Shown one piece after another: positions 9,101 through 20,020 of a stretch of 28,112 nucleotides of DNA. A model generated the notes under the pieces. It was not told the DNA's origin, did not search any database, and saw only the letters and a program-made list of their open reading frames with translations. The stretch is from Octopus sinensis (taxonomy: Eukaryota). Made by a program: the position numbers and the translations under genes. Each line of letters begins with the position of its first letter. Positions within the stretch are counted from its first letter, which is position 1. Location of the stretch: NCBI RefSeq assembly GCF_006345805.1, contig NW_021827529.1:1-28112 (forward strand), read 5' to 3'.

Positions 9101-10777
9101 AACTTACTTTGATGTTGTTGGTTTACTTTATTTTCTCATATAACAGATTTGGTAGATGTTTGTGAATATTAAAGAAAATGTTAATTTATAGTTAGGAAAA
9201 AGTCATTTTTACATACGGAATGGTTATGATTGCTTACGACTTTAAGCAGATTTCTACTTAACCAGGGAAGGTTCGGGGCTAGACAGCCAAAATATTTAGA
9301 CATTTTTAAAAAGCCACTTTTAAATATGTTTATTCTGCTTAACATAGTAAATGCTGGTTCGAAATAAACACGTTTTTCGTTCTTGAGTGTGGAAATATTT
9401 GCTCATTAGTGAAAGGTGGTTATTGCCACATGCATTTCAACAAAAGAAGCAAAGAGAGATAGAGAGAGATGATTTATTAGGAACGGGGATTCAGCGCGTA
9501 ATACTGTTAGATCAAATGAGAAAAAGCCGTTTTATCGTAGCTGAAAGAGATAACGAAGCAGTGTATGTGTATCATCGATGTTAAAATCCTGTTGGTCAGT
9601 AAATCTTAACCAATCAAATGAATGGTTATCTTTCACCTCTGTGATAGTAACATTTGAGGAAATTACAAAAAAGAACATAACATTACAAGTTAATCAGGAA
9701 TTTCTATATTTGGCCGCTCGCTGCGCTAAAAATAGAACCAAGTTCTCTATCGATCTGCACTCTTCTGTCTTCAAAAAGAATGGCCACATTGCATAATGTG
9801 ATCTTGGGTACGCTATGTCAGTAAAAGTACTGCGTAGATACTGTATAGCTGACCACGGCTTTCATCATAGATCTACATAATCAGGGCAATTCTGTAGCTA
9901 AACAATGTCAATATCGGGTTCCTTTTGTTTTATAATTATGTTTAAGCATGATTATTCTCTTTAAGAATTACCATACACTTTCAAAGAGGTTTTCTTCAGA
10001 ATCTCTACTTTCTCAGTTGCGCAAGTCCTTTCATCTATTTTCTACAGACACGTCTGAGTTGCCGATGTAATGGTGCAGTCGGATGTAAAATCTGTCCTAG
10101 GCTAATAAGATCTGATAACTCTTTATTGTTCACTTTTTCTATGGTGCTTTTGCTGTAGATATTGCCTCAGGCTAAGTGTGCTCTGCATAGATATATAATT
10201 CCTTGTTTTTATTTCAGTTTATTTTTTATTTTATGTGCGAAATTTAATTGTCACCATTACATTGTGGGTGTATTTGAAATTTTAGTGTAACTTATACTCT
10301 GGCGTTCTATTACGTGATTATAAATCTTATAGCGCGTACACAGCTGTAGCTTACTTTGATGTTGTTGTTTCAAATAAAAAAGACTGGAAGAATTTGAGAA
10401 CATTAGGTTTTTGTTTTTTCTTTTTTTCACTGAAATTTTAACAATTCATAATGAAGATTTTAAAACCGCTTTTTTCTTATTTTACTGTAGTATATTATTT
10501 ACTGTGTAAAATGAAAATCTAAATTTTCGGTTGAAAATTAATGCTTGTTGATAGCTTTCTGTTGATGTTTTGTCAGTTCCTGCTTTGGGGAGTTGAGAAG
10601 CATGTATAATTCTATAAGTGCATATGTCATGGTGAGGAGATAGTAGCTCAAATCTAGAAATATATATGTATGGTATGTAAGTTTGATTTTCTAGACTAAT
10701 GTCTTTTTGCCTTTGTGTGTATGTGAGTATATGTATATGGGGTATATATGTATATATACATACACACACACACATAA

Positions 10778-10836
<59 letters not shown>

Positions 10837-11107
10837 TCTGCGCATGTGTATATAAACTATCTATCACATCTGCTCTAAAGCTAGGCGGATGGGTGTCAAC
10901 GTTTCGCAAAGAAGCTGTATATATGTATATGTGTGCGTGTGTATGTATATTCACACACGCACACGAACGCTTTGTGTAGTTGCAGTTGCAGATAAGGAGA
11001 AAACGTGCTCAGCACTGCTAGTTACAGTGATACTGTCAAAAGAGCAGCTGCTGACAAGAGATGAAAGTCGTGTTGCGCAAGCTGAACAGAGAATAATTGT
11101 TTAAAAC

Positions 11108-11280
11108 TTTTCCACAAGATCTGCAGGTTTACAGGGTGGAGTTAGTTGACTACATTGACCCAGTACCTTGACCGCTGGTTTATTTTATTGACCCTGAAAG
11201 GATCAAAATTATGTCTACCTCGGCGATACTTGAACTCAGATTGTAAAGCGCCTAAAAGAAATACGATTAGATGTTTCTGT
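11108..11280 (-). mobile_element. SINE family C, old and degenerate
   Basis: TTATTGACCCTGAAAGGAT...CCTCGGCGATACTTGAACTCAGA aligns to the family C core. Confidence 0.7.
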
Positions 11281-11364
11281 CAGCTCACCTTCTTTAAAAA
11301 GAAAAGATTGGTTTCAAATTTTGACACTAGACCAACAACATTTAAGGAAGGGGCTAAGACGTGT

Positions 11365-11414
<50 letters not shown>

Positions 11415-11434
11415 TATATATATATAATATATAT

Positions 11435-11478
<44 letters not shown>

Positions 11479-11611
11479 ATTATATAATATATATGATTCA
11501 TCGACCAGAAGAAGGGGAAGTAAGTTTACTTGGATGAAATTTGGACATAGAGCCGGCAGAAATATTGCTAAGGATTTTGCGCCCACAATTCTGCTAACTT
11601 GACATTAAATC

Positions 11612-12402
11612 CTTTCTACTATAGACACGAGGCTTGAAATTTCATGGAGATTGGCAAATCAATTACATCAGGCCCAGTCACCGGCCGAATTTGAACGCAA
11701 AACTGACGTAAAGATAGATGAGATGCAATTAAGCATTTTATCCTGCATGCTAACGCTGATGCTAGCTCAATGCCTTATAAAGTAATTTTTTTCTACTAAA
11801 GACACAAGGACTGAAATTTGGTGGGATGGCATAAATCGATTACATTGACTCCAGTGTTTCACTTGTATTTAATTTATCGACTTTGAAAGGATGAAAGGCA
11901 AAGTCGACTTTGGCGAATTTTCAACGCAGTACGCAGCGACGGGCGAAATATCGCTAAGCATTTGGTTCAGCATGCTAACGTTTCTTATTTCTTTACTGCC
12001 CACAAGGAGCTATACACAGACGGGACAAACAAGGACAGACAAGCGGATTAAATCGATTATATCGACCACAGTGCGTAACTGGTACTTATTTAATCGACCC
12101 CGAAAGGATGAAAGGCATAGTCGACCTCGGCGGAATTTGAACTCAGAACGTAACGGCAGACGAAATACCGCTAAGTATTTCGCCCGGCGTACTAATGTTT
12201 CTTATTTCTGTATTGCCCACAATGGGCTAAACATAGAGGGGACAAACAAGGACAGACAAACGGATTAAATCGATTACATTGAACCCTGTGCGTAACTGGT
12301 ACTTAATTAATCGAAACTGAAAGGAGGAAAGGCAGAGTCGACCTCGGCGGGATTTGAACTTAGAACGTAACGGCGTGCTAACGTTTCTACCAGCTTACAG
12401 CC
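11612..12402 (-). mobile_element. Head-to-tail array of four family C SINEs (11612-11776, 11788-11985, 11986-12202, 12203-12402)
   Basis: Repeated core GAAAGGATGAAAGGCAAAGTCGACCTCGGCGGAATTTGAACTCAGAACG (largely deleted in the first copy); the minus strand gives an A/B-box head. Two tail types. Confidence 0.9.
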
Positions 12403-12633
12403 ATAACGTCTTATAGAAAGTAATAAATACGCAAGTATTTCTATCTGCGTCTGTGTGCGTACGTGTATATGTGAATGCGAATAAAACCACCAAGAGTTGT
12501 ATATAATACGCTTGAGATACGTAAAAAGGCCATAAATTAATTAAAGACGCATGGATTTTAATGAAAATACACCGCTCTCTCTTATACATCGGAGGAGAAA
12601 GCCTGTGGCAGATACGCGTGAGCCTGTGTCAAC

Positions 12634-12635
<2 letters not shown>

Positions 12636-12711
<76 letters not shown>

Positions 12712-12716
12712 TGTGT
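12636..12716. repeat. (TG)n microsatellite
   Basis: Direct reading. Confidence 0.95.
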
Positions 12717-12733
12717 AGCATCGTGTGGTGTGT

Positions 12734-12928
12734 GTACGTACGTATGTATATATGTATGTATGTTTGTATGTATGCACGCGTGCGTGTATGTGTTTATGTA
12801 TTTATATATTACACCATGCTAATAATAATCATAATCGCAATAATAATAATAATAATAATAATAATTATTATTATTATATTATTATATTATTATTATTATT
12901 ATTATCATTATTATTATTATTATTATGA

Positions 12929-12968
<40 letters not shown>
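12734..12968. repeat. Compound block ending in an (AAT)n to (ATT)n inversion; duplicated at 16923-17068
   Basis: Shared core GTATGCACG(C/T)GTGCGTGTATGTGTTTATGTATT..ATATATTACAC(C)ATGCTAATAATAATCATAATC(G/A)CAATAATAA. Confidence 0.85.
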
Positions 12969-13485
12969 TGTCATTTATTTATCTATATATACTTGTCATG
13001 ATTTCCAGGGACTGTATCAAAATACATATCATGTGACATTGTAAGGCATCTTGACGGATCTTTGTGTGTATGTGTGTGTGTTAGTGTTTGCGCGCGAACG
13101 TGCATGTTTCCCCTTTTTTAATTTCAATATATTAAGCAAAACACTTCACATGAAACATGGTACGGAGAATAAAAATACCAGCGCTTTCCATTTTATTTGT
13201 GCTCAACCCCTCGATACGTCTTGGCAAAACTTTCATTCATTATATTTAATTCCCTCTTAATTCACTTCTAAAGAAATCTAAGTTACAGTTTGCGCATGTT
13301 CATGTATGCCTGCATAACGTTACGTTTATCTTATATATATGTATATATATATATATATATATATACACTGGGGTTTATTATGCGTGTTTCAATATTCATG
13401 TCTGCAGGTATGTAAATGTGCTTTCAAAGATCAAACATTTTTATTGCATAACTCAAAAATATACACAAAATTAGTAAGAACATAT

Positions 13486-13532
<47 letters not shown>

Positions 13533-13727
13533 CATATACGTACGCACACGCACACATATAAACAGAGAGAGAGAGAGAGAGATGGAAAGAGGGGGGAAGG
13601 ATAGACAACGGCAGACAAACAGACAGATATATTGTTCTGTTGAACATTATATCTGGTATGTCAACATCTGTCGGTCTCTCTCTCTATCCTTCTCTTTCTC
13701 CACCTCTCTTTCTCTCTCTCTTTTCTC

Positions 13728-13772
<45 letters not shown>

Positions 13773-13834
13773 CATACAGTGAGAGAGAGAGAGAGATCCA
13801 CAAGGTTTCGAAAGCACTCGGTACTATAAAGACT

Positions 13835-14194
13835 TACTCTTTTACTTGTTTCTGTCATTTCAATGCGGCCATGCAGGAGCACCGCCTTTAGTCGAGGATA
13901 TCGACTCCAGAGCTTATTCTTTGTAAGCCTAGTACTTATTCTATCAGTTCCTAAGTTGCGGGGTCGTAAACATACCAGCATCGGTTCTCAAACGATGTTG
14001 GGGGAACAAACGCAGACACCCAAATATATACACACACATACATATACATATATATTCATATACGACGGGCTTCTTACAAGGCTTTGGTCGGTCCGAGGCT
14101 ATAGTAGAAAACACTCGCCCAAGGTGTCACGCAGTGGGACTGAACTCGGGGCCATATGGTTGGCAAGCAAGCTCTTTACCAAACAGCCACTCCT
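13835..14194 (-). mobile_element. SINE family B, near full length
   Basis: Reverse complement of the family B tail (TACTCTTTTACTTGTTTC) through the head (CAGCCACTCCT). Confidence 0.9.
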
Positions 14195-14781
14195 AAATAA
14201 TCTTATATGCAGTAATATAAGTGGCTTCTGACAGCAACTCAGGCTTCATGCTCAAATGTTCTGGTTAAACTGATGCCGTCCTACTATCAGTCTCGAAACT
14301 CTATCGATACATATCACAAAATTTGTTGTGCTAAAGTATAAGAAAACTTTAAAAAATATTCTTTCTGTGAGTGAATACAGACATTGTGGCAAGAACGGTA
14401 ACTCAGAGTCGTATAATGTAATTTATGCTTCGAGATTGGGAATAATTATAAAAGTAGAACAATTGTTGAAATCTAAATCTCTATAGCATGCTTAGGATTT
14501 TGGGAAGTCTCTAACGGGTACCATAAATGTTGTATATGCTGTTGCGTGTGAGTGGTTTGGAGGAATTCTGAAAAATTTTGTTAAATTTTCCAGGAGTAAT
14601 GGTGTTATTAGACAGGAGTATTGACATCTGTACAATGATGATAGAGTGTAGCCGAGAGTAATCTTTGGGAAGATTGAAAGAAGGAAATAGTGATATGCGG
14701 AGAATGACTATTTGCTTAATATCTGTGACAGATATATTACATATTGCATAGTAAACTGTTCTGTCTCAAAGGACAGCATGT

Positions 14782-15081
14782 TTGCTCCTTCTCGAGCCAT
14801 GCCTGGCTCATAAGGGCCGGTTTCCCGGTTTCCTTGGCGTATAGGTTCCCCACCTGGACGGGACGCCGGTCCGTCGTAGGTGAGCTGCAAGATGCAGGAG
14901 GTAAGAGTGAGAGAAAGTTGTGGCGAAAGAGTCAGCAGAAGTTCGTCATTACTTTCTGCCGGAGCTGCGTGGAGCTTAGGTGTTTCGCTCATAAACTCAC
15001 CCATCGCCCGGTCTGAGATGCGAACCCACGATTCCTCGACCGCGAGTCCGCTACACTGACCACTAGGCCATATGCCTCCAC
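14782..15081 (-). mobile_element. SINE A2, full length, with 12-bp TSD
   Basis: Colinear with 26898-27200. AGGACAGCATGT at 14770-14781 and 15084-15095. Confidence 0.9.
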
Positions 15082-15230
15082 AGAGGACAGCATGTGGGTT
15101 ATACATACACACGTGTGTGTATGCATGTATGTTTGCATGTATGTATGTATTTTTCAGGCATGCAACGACACGCATGGTTTGCACGTACTATCCTTTTCCC
15201 TCTTTCCGGACTTTTTTCTCTTTCCACTTT

Positions 15231-15258
15231 TTGACGAAGTGCTATGCTCAAAACGTCA
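15231..15258 (+). ncRNA. Degenerate minimal hammerhead (C3 and G12 mutated)
   Basis: TTGACGA-A-GTGC-TAT-GCTC-AAAA-C-GT-C, compared with the intact copy at 6505. Confidence 0.5.
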
Positions 15259-15409
15259 CATACCCTCCTGTTTTACACCTTAAATTTTCTATAAGCTTCA
15301 ATATAATACATTCACCATGTTCGTTGCCTTGATTCTTGTTTTTTTTTTTTGTTTACTTTTTCACTTTGATCTGCCATGATAGATCGCTAGCCACTACACA
15401 CATTTGTTC

Positions 15410-15445
15410 CTTTCTGTGGAAGAGCGTAGGCTCGAAACGTTAAAG
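15410..15445 (+). ncRNA. Minimal hammerhead motif (A6 mutated, GUU triplet)
   Basis: CTTT-CTGTGGA-A-GAGC-GTAG-GCTC-GAAA-C-GT-T-AAAG; helix I CTTT/AAAG. Confidence 0.6.
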
Positions 15446-15544
15446 ACTTTTTTTTTCATTTCCCGAGCGTTTTACTAATACAACCGTTTGTTTTCTACAC
15501 CACTTGTATTCGTCTTTGTTTTTTTTTTGTTTTGTGAATAGTCC

Positions 15545-15902
<358 letters not shown>

Positions 15903-15910
15903 ATGTGTGT

Positions 15911-16183
15911 GTGGAGGCGCAATGGCCCAGTGGTTAGGAGCAGACTCGCGGTCATGGGATCGCGGTTTTGATTCCCAGACCGGGCGTTGTGAGGTTTATT
16001 GAGGAAAAACCCTAAAGCTCCACGAGCTCCGGCAGGGGATGGTGGTGATCCCTGCTGTACTCTTTACACCACAACTTACTCTCACTTTTACTTCCTGTTT
16101 TGTGTGTACCTGTATTTCAAAGGGCCGGCCTTGTCACTCTCTGTGTCACGCTGAATATCCCCGAGAAATAGTGCTTCCATCCA

Positions 16184-16184
<1 letters not shown>
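15911..16184 (+). mobile_element. SINE A1 with internal 3' deletion, embedded in (TA)n
   Basis: Matches the 8712 copy to CCCCGAGAA, then jumps via ATA to GTGCTTCCATCCAT (about 115 bp missing). Confidence 0.9.
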
Positions 16185-16246
<62 letters not shown>

Positions 16247-16460
16247 ATATGTGTATATGTACTCTTGTCAATTTAATGGCATGCACAGCTATAGCTATTA
16301 CATATGTTTTTCTTTGGATGGCTGCCGTCAAAGGAAAGAAACTCTCCAGTTGTTGGAGTGTACTTTCACCTTCAGTTTCACACTTGCAGCCGCCGCTTCC
16401 AAAGAATATCGCTAAAGACATAATGAGAAACATTACTACCCCACCCCCACCAACGTTGCT

Positions 16461-16461
16461 G

Positions 16462-16521
<60 letters not shown>
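16461..16521. repeat. (CTA)n microsatellite
   Basis: Direct reading; source of the poly-L and poly-S ORFs. Confidence 0.95.
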
Positions 16522-16822
16522 GAAGGTGAAACACTGGTCTGGTTCAGGAATTTAGTATTCACAATGCCACCTGGAATATAACACCAGCAGTTTCCAGGGA
16601 ACGGAATTTGGTCGGCTCCACTGATCTTTGTAAAAGAATGATTTATGTTGAATATGTTAATGATGGCGACGCCATTTAACAATCAAACTGCACTGATTGT
16701 ATGTAACACTAACATTAATGGTGGTGTTTTCTCTTCTGTCTTTGCGCGCGTCCGTGTTTTTTTTGTGTGTATGTGTGTACCTATCTCCATGTGTGCACAG
16801 ACAAATATGTGCACCTATATTA

Positions 16823-16903
<81 letters not shown>

Positions 16904-16922
16904 GTGCGTGTGTGTGTTGTAT

Positions 16923-17068
16923 GTACGTACGTTACGTATGTATATATGTATATATGTATGTTTGTTTGTATGTATGCACGTGTGCGTGTATGTGTTTATG
17001 TATTATATATTACACATGCTAATAATAATCATAATCACAATAATAATAATAATTATTATTATTATTAT
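16923..17068. repeat. Second copy of the 12734 compound block
   Basis: See the 12734 feature. Confidence 0.85.
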
Positions 17069-17299
17069 CATTAGTAGTAGTAGTAGTAGTAGGTATGTAT
17101 GTATAGTATATAAAGTGAGTGTACATATACATATATTTATACACACATACATACGTACGTATACATGTAATGTGTGCATTTACATGGATACACACATATA
17201 TGCATGTTTTTGTGTGTGTATATATATATATATATTATATATATATATATATATATACAATACATCTATATATATATATATATATATATTATTATATAT

Positions 17300-17412
17300 G
17301 CGCCTGCTCGCTTAGCCAGCGGGGTGGCGTCATTTGAAGGCTAAAACAATGCGAAGCGCATTGTGACCAGCGATGTGTAATAACTTCTGATAGCCTGGTC
17401 GGTCACGGTGAT
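17300..17412 (+). mobile_element. SINE family E 3' part
   Basis: GCCAGCGGGGTGGCGTCATTTGAAGGCTAAAACAATGCG...CCTGGTCGGTCACG, homologous to the reverse complement of 17958-18087. Confidence 0.75.
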
Positions 17413-17957
17413 ATATATATATATATATATATATATAAAGAGAGACAAAACTAAGTAAGGTAATGCATAGCCAACTTACGCCACATGAGGTTAAGCCACT
17501 ACACACATTTGTATATAAACACCGTATTCATTGTATATATATATATATATATATCTATATATATATATATATATATATATACGATGCATTTGTGAAGCGT
17601 TTAGCATAGGTACATGGTTATCTGAATGCTTATTCCTCCAATGACGGTTTTTGTTTGGGCGCATTAATAGCTGTGCGCTTAAGGACTTCGATTTGCAATT
17701 GCTTGGTCGCGTGTTCGATGGCATATACCGGCATCTTGGATATACGGCTTCTACCATAGGTTTCGTTTTGCTTTTTAAAAAAAATTGTCAAGCAGAAGTT
17801 GCAGTTCCCAATGTATTGTGTGTGTGTCTGTGGGGGGTATATACAGTTAGATGTATGACTGCTGCTGTTGTGTATAGAGCTCTACGTAGATTATTATCAT
17901 CCAGTCTGCATTCATCATAGTAGTTTGTTTTCTAGTGAATTTAGCATTATTACTAAT

Positions 17958-18204
17958 GGTCACGTGATCACATGACCGACCGGGCTGTCAGATATTACTG
18001 CACAATACCGATCACAATGCACTTTTTGCATTGATTTAACCTTCAAATAGCCCACCATCACCACCACCGCTGGCTAGGCGAGCTGGCTATAAGTCCCCAG
18101 CCCTGATCGAGGTGGACTGGAGCAATGTGAAATGAAGTGTTTTGCTGAAGAACACAATGCGCCGCCCAGTCAGGGAATCGAACCCGTGATCTAGCGATCT
18201 AAGC
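17958..18204 (-). mobile_element. SINE family E, head partly lost
   Basis: Minus strand has B-box GGTTCGATTCCC, then GCAAAACACTTCATTTCACATTGCTCCAGTCCAC and tail GGTCGGTCATGTGATCACGTGACC. Confidence 0.8.
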
Positions 18205-18239
18205 AATTTATTGCAGATAAATTTCAACAAAAAATCTAA

Positions 18240-18263
18240 TGTGGACCCCAGTTGAGAACCATT
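18240..18263 (-). mobile_element. Possible isolated hAT/MITE terminal inverted repeat
   Basis: Minus strand AATGGTTCTCAACTGGGGTCCAC resembles hAT-type CAGTGGTTCTCAAC termini. No partner end found. Confidence 0.3.
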
Positions 18264-18325
18264 AACACTTTCGACATTCCTTTACCCTAAACTGTTTATT
18301 TATTTTTTATTAATCCTGGAAGGGT

Positions 18326-18534
18326 TTTTTCTACTACATATACAAGGACTTAAATTTCGAGGGACGGGGGTAGTCGACTACTGAGACTCAAGCACTCAAC
18401 TGGTACTTATTTTATCGACCCTAAAATAATGAGAGGTCCAAGCCGTACTTGGTAACATTTGAACTTTAGCATAAAAAAGCTGAAGAAACACTGCTAAACA
18501 TTTTATAGGGGATGCTAACGATTCTGCCAGCTCG
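18326..18534 (-). mobile_element. SINE family C, degenerate
   Basis: CTGGTACTTATTTTATCGACCC...GCTAACGATTCTGCCAGCTCG. Confidence 0.8.
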
Positions 18535-19100
18535 AAATGATAAAAAGATAACTTGTTTTTGATGTCATTCGAACTCAGATCGCAAAGAGTTAGAATAAGC
18601 GTTAGATCCATCGTTTTAATGAATTTGCCAATTTTTTCCCTACTCATAACGCCGACAAGGCGATTAAAAAAAAACACCAAATGTGTATGTGTATTTTGTA
18701 ATCGTTGTTGTTTTTTAATCACAATTTGGCGCCTTTATTTCATTCAAAAACCGAGACATTAAGTCTGTCTGAGGATTAGATTAAAGTTGGATGTATTTGT
18801 TTAATACACATGTACCCTCTTTAGACCTACGCTAAATGCAATGGCTGCATTTAATGTTTACGCGATCTGAGCCAACCCAGTCTCCACAAAACACAAGCCG
18901 TACTATCTGAGATACAAATCTCTTGATTGTAACCTATTTTCCACTTCGATGTGCCCTCTTCAGACGAACATGAAAACGCAATGGTTGCCAATGTTTCTGC
19001 ATAATATCGAGGGATGTGTGCGTGTGTTTATATACATATATTTATGTATGTATATGGCTATATATGTGTAGGTACGCATATATATGTATTTATATACGTC

Positions 19101-19136
<36 letters not shown>

Positions 19137-19299
19137 TATGTGCATATGTGTGTGTTTGCGTGCGTGGATTCCTGTCCATATGAAACGGCATGTTAGCTTG
19201 GAAGTCACATCCTTTTCATTACGAATGTAAATATATTAGATACCCCACTGTATGACAGCATGCTACGCCAGTTTCATCTCTGGAAGCTAGTATAAGGGA

Positions 19300-19629
19300 T
19301 TAAAGCAAGCCCACCATATGAGAGGGTTCTAAAGAATTCTTGACGTTAAAGGTATCAGAATGGCCTGACTGGAGGCCCAACCCTTCGAGTTCTATTACAG
19401 GGTTTAGAATAAGTGAAGGATCTCTGCAATAAGGGTGTGAATCAGGGAGAAATACGCTGAATAAAATCATATTTAACTGATCTTCCTGGATTTCATTTTT
19501 TCCAAATCCAGGAAGGTTCCAGTATCTCCTCTGATATAACTGTTCGGCGTCCCTTGTGGGGTCTCGTGTGATGAAATGAATCATGTACATAACACCGTAC
19601 ATTCGTTTCATAGTAATTTTGATACTTCG
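19300..19629 (-). CDS. Candidate coding exon, unknown product
   Basis: Non-repetitive frame of 109 sense codons after a TTTAG acceptor-like site at 19630-31 (RSIKITMKRMYG...RRYWNLPGFGKNEIQ...GLL*). No family recognised. Confidence 0.3.
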   Translation of the reverse strand, partial: RSIKITMKRMYGVMYMIHFITRDPTRDAEQLYQRRYWNLPGFGKNEIQEDQLNMILFSVFLPDSHPYCRDPSLILNPVIELEGLGLQSGHSDTFNVKNSLEPSHMVGLL

Positions 19630-19955
19630 CTAAATATATTGTGATTCAGTGAAGGCCAGTTATAAAGATGGAGTACCTTTCGATCTTTACGAAAATAAAT
19701 GAATTTTGTACGTGAATATATAATATATATATATATTATGAGTGAATGTGCATGTGGGCATATATACGTATACACAAACACACACATACACAAAGAATAT
19801 ATATGCATATATATATATAATATTCCCTTACAAGGTCAAGTAATTCCGTGAATATGTGTATATATCATACATGAATATAAGTTACGTAGGTATAAGTTAG
19901 AGATGTTTAAATCCCGTAAAGGATGGGTAAATCCAAAGACGCTCCTGGTGATTAC

Positions 19956-20020
19956 CTGCGTAGGTACAGTCCTTGGTAACAGGTATACGGTAGCAGGTAA
20001 TTCAGCTGGTAAACCGTAGT
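19956..20020 (-). CDS. Candidate 65-nt coding exon, unknown product
   Basis: Acceptor TTCTTCTTGCATATAATTTAG and donor CAG|GTAATC; open frame (D)YGLPAELPATVYLLPRTVPTQ. Ends in phase 0, compatible with the 19629 acceptor. Confidence 0.3.

Larger units (their letters stand above)
15181..15547 (+). mobile_element. PLE-derived non-autonomous element with two tandem hammerhead motifs
   Basis: HHR-like motifs at 15231-15257 and 15414-15441. The first part is homologous to 6445-6630. Ends in a (TA)n tract. Confidence 0.65.

Noticed and set aside
11612-12402. Regularly spaced ~200-bp repeats considered as a CRISPR-like array
   Set aside because: The units are whole SINE monomers without unique spacers, in a eukaryotic context.
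14708-15184. 158-aa ORF and similar ORFs at 26972, 14744 and 26963
   Set aside because: They lie in SINE A2 and recur in each copy.
19440-19540. DAEQLYQ...GFGKNE...DQLNMIL looked annexin-repeat-like
   Set aside because: It needs two insertions and the surrounding helices do not fit; probably coincidence.
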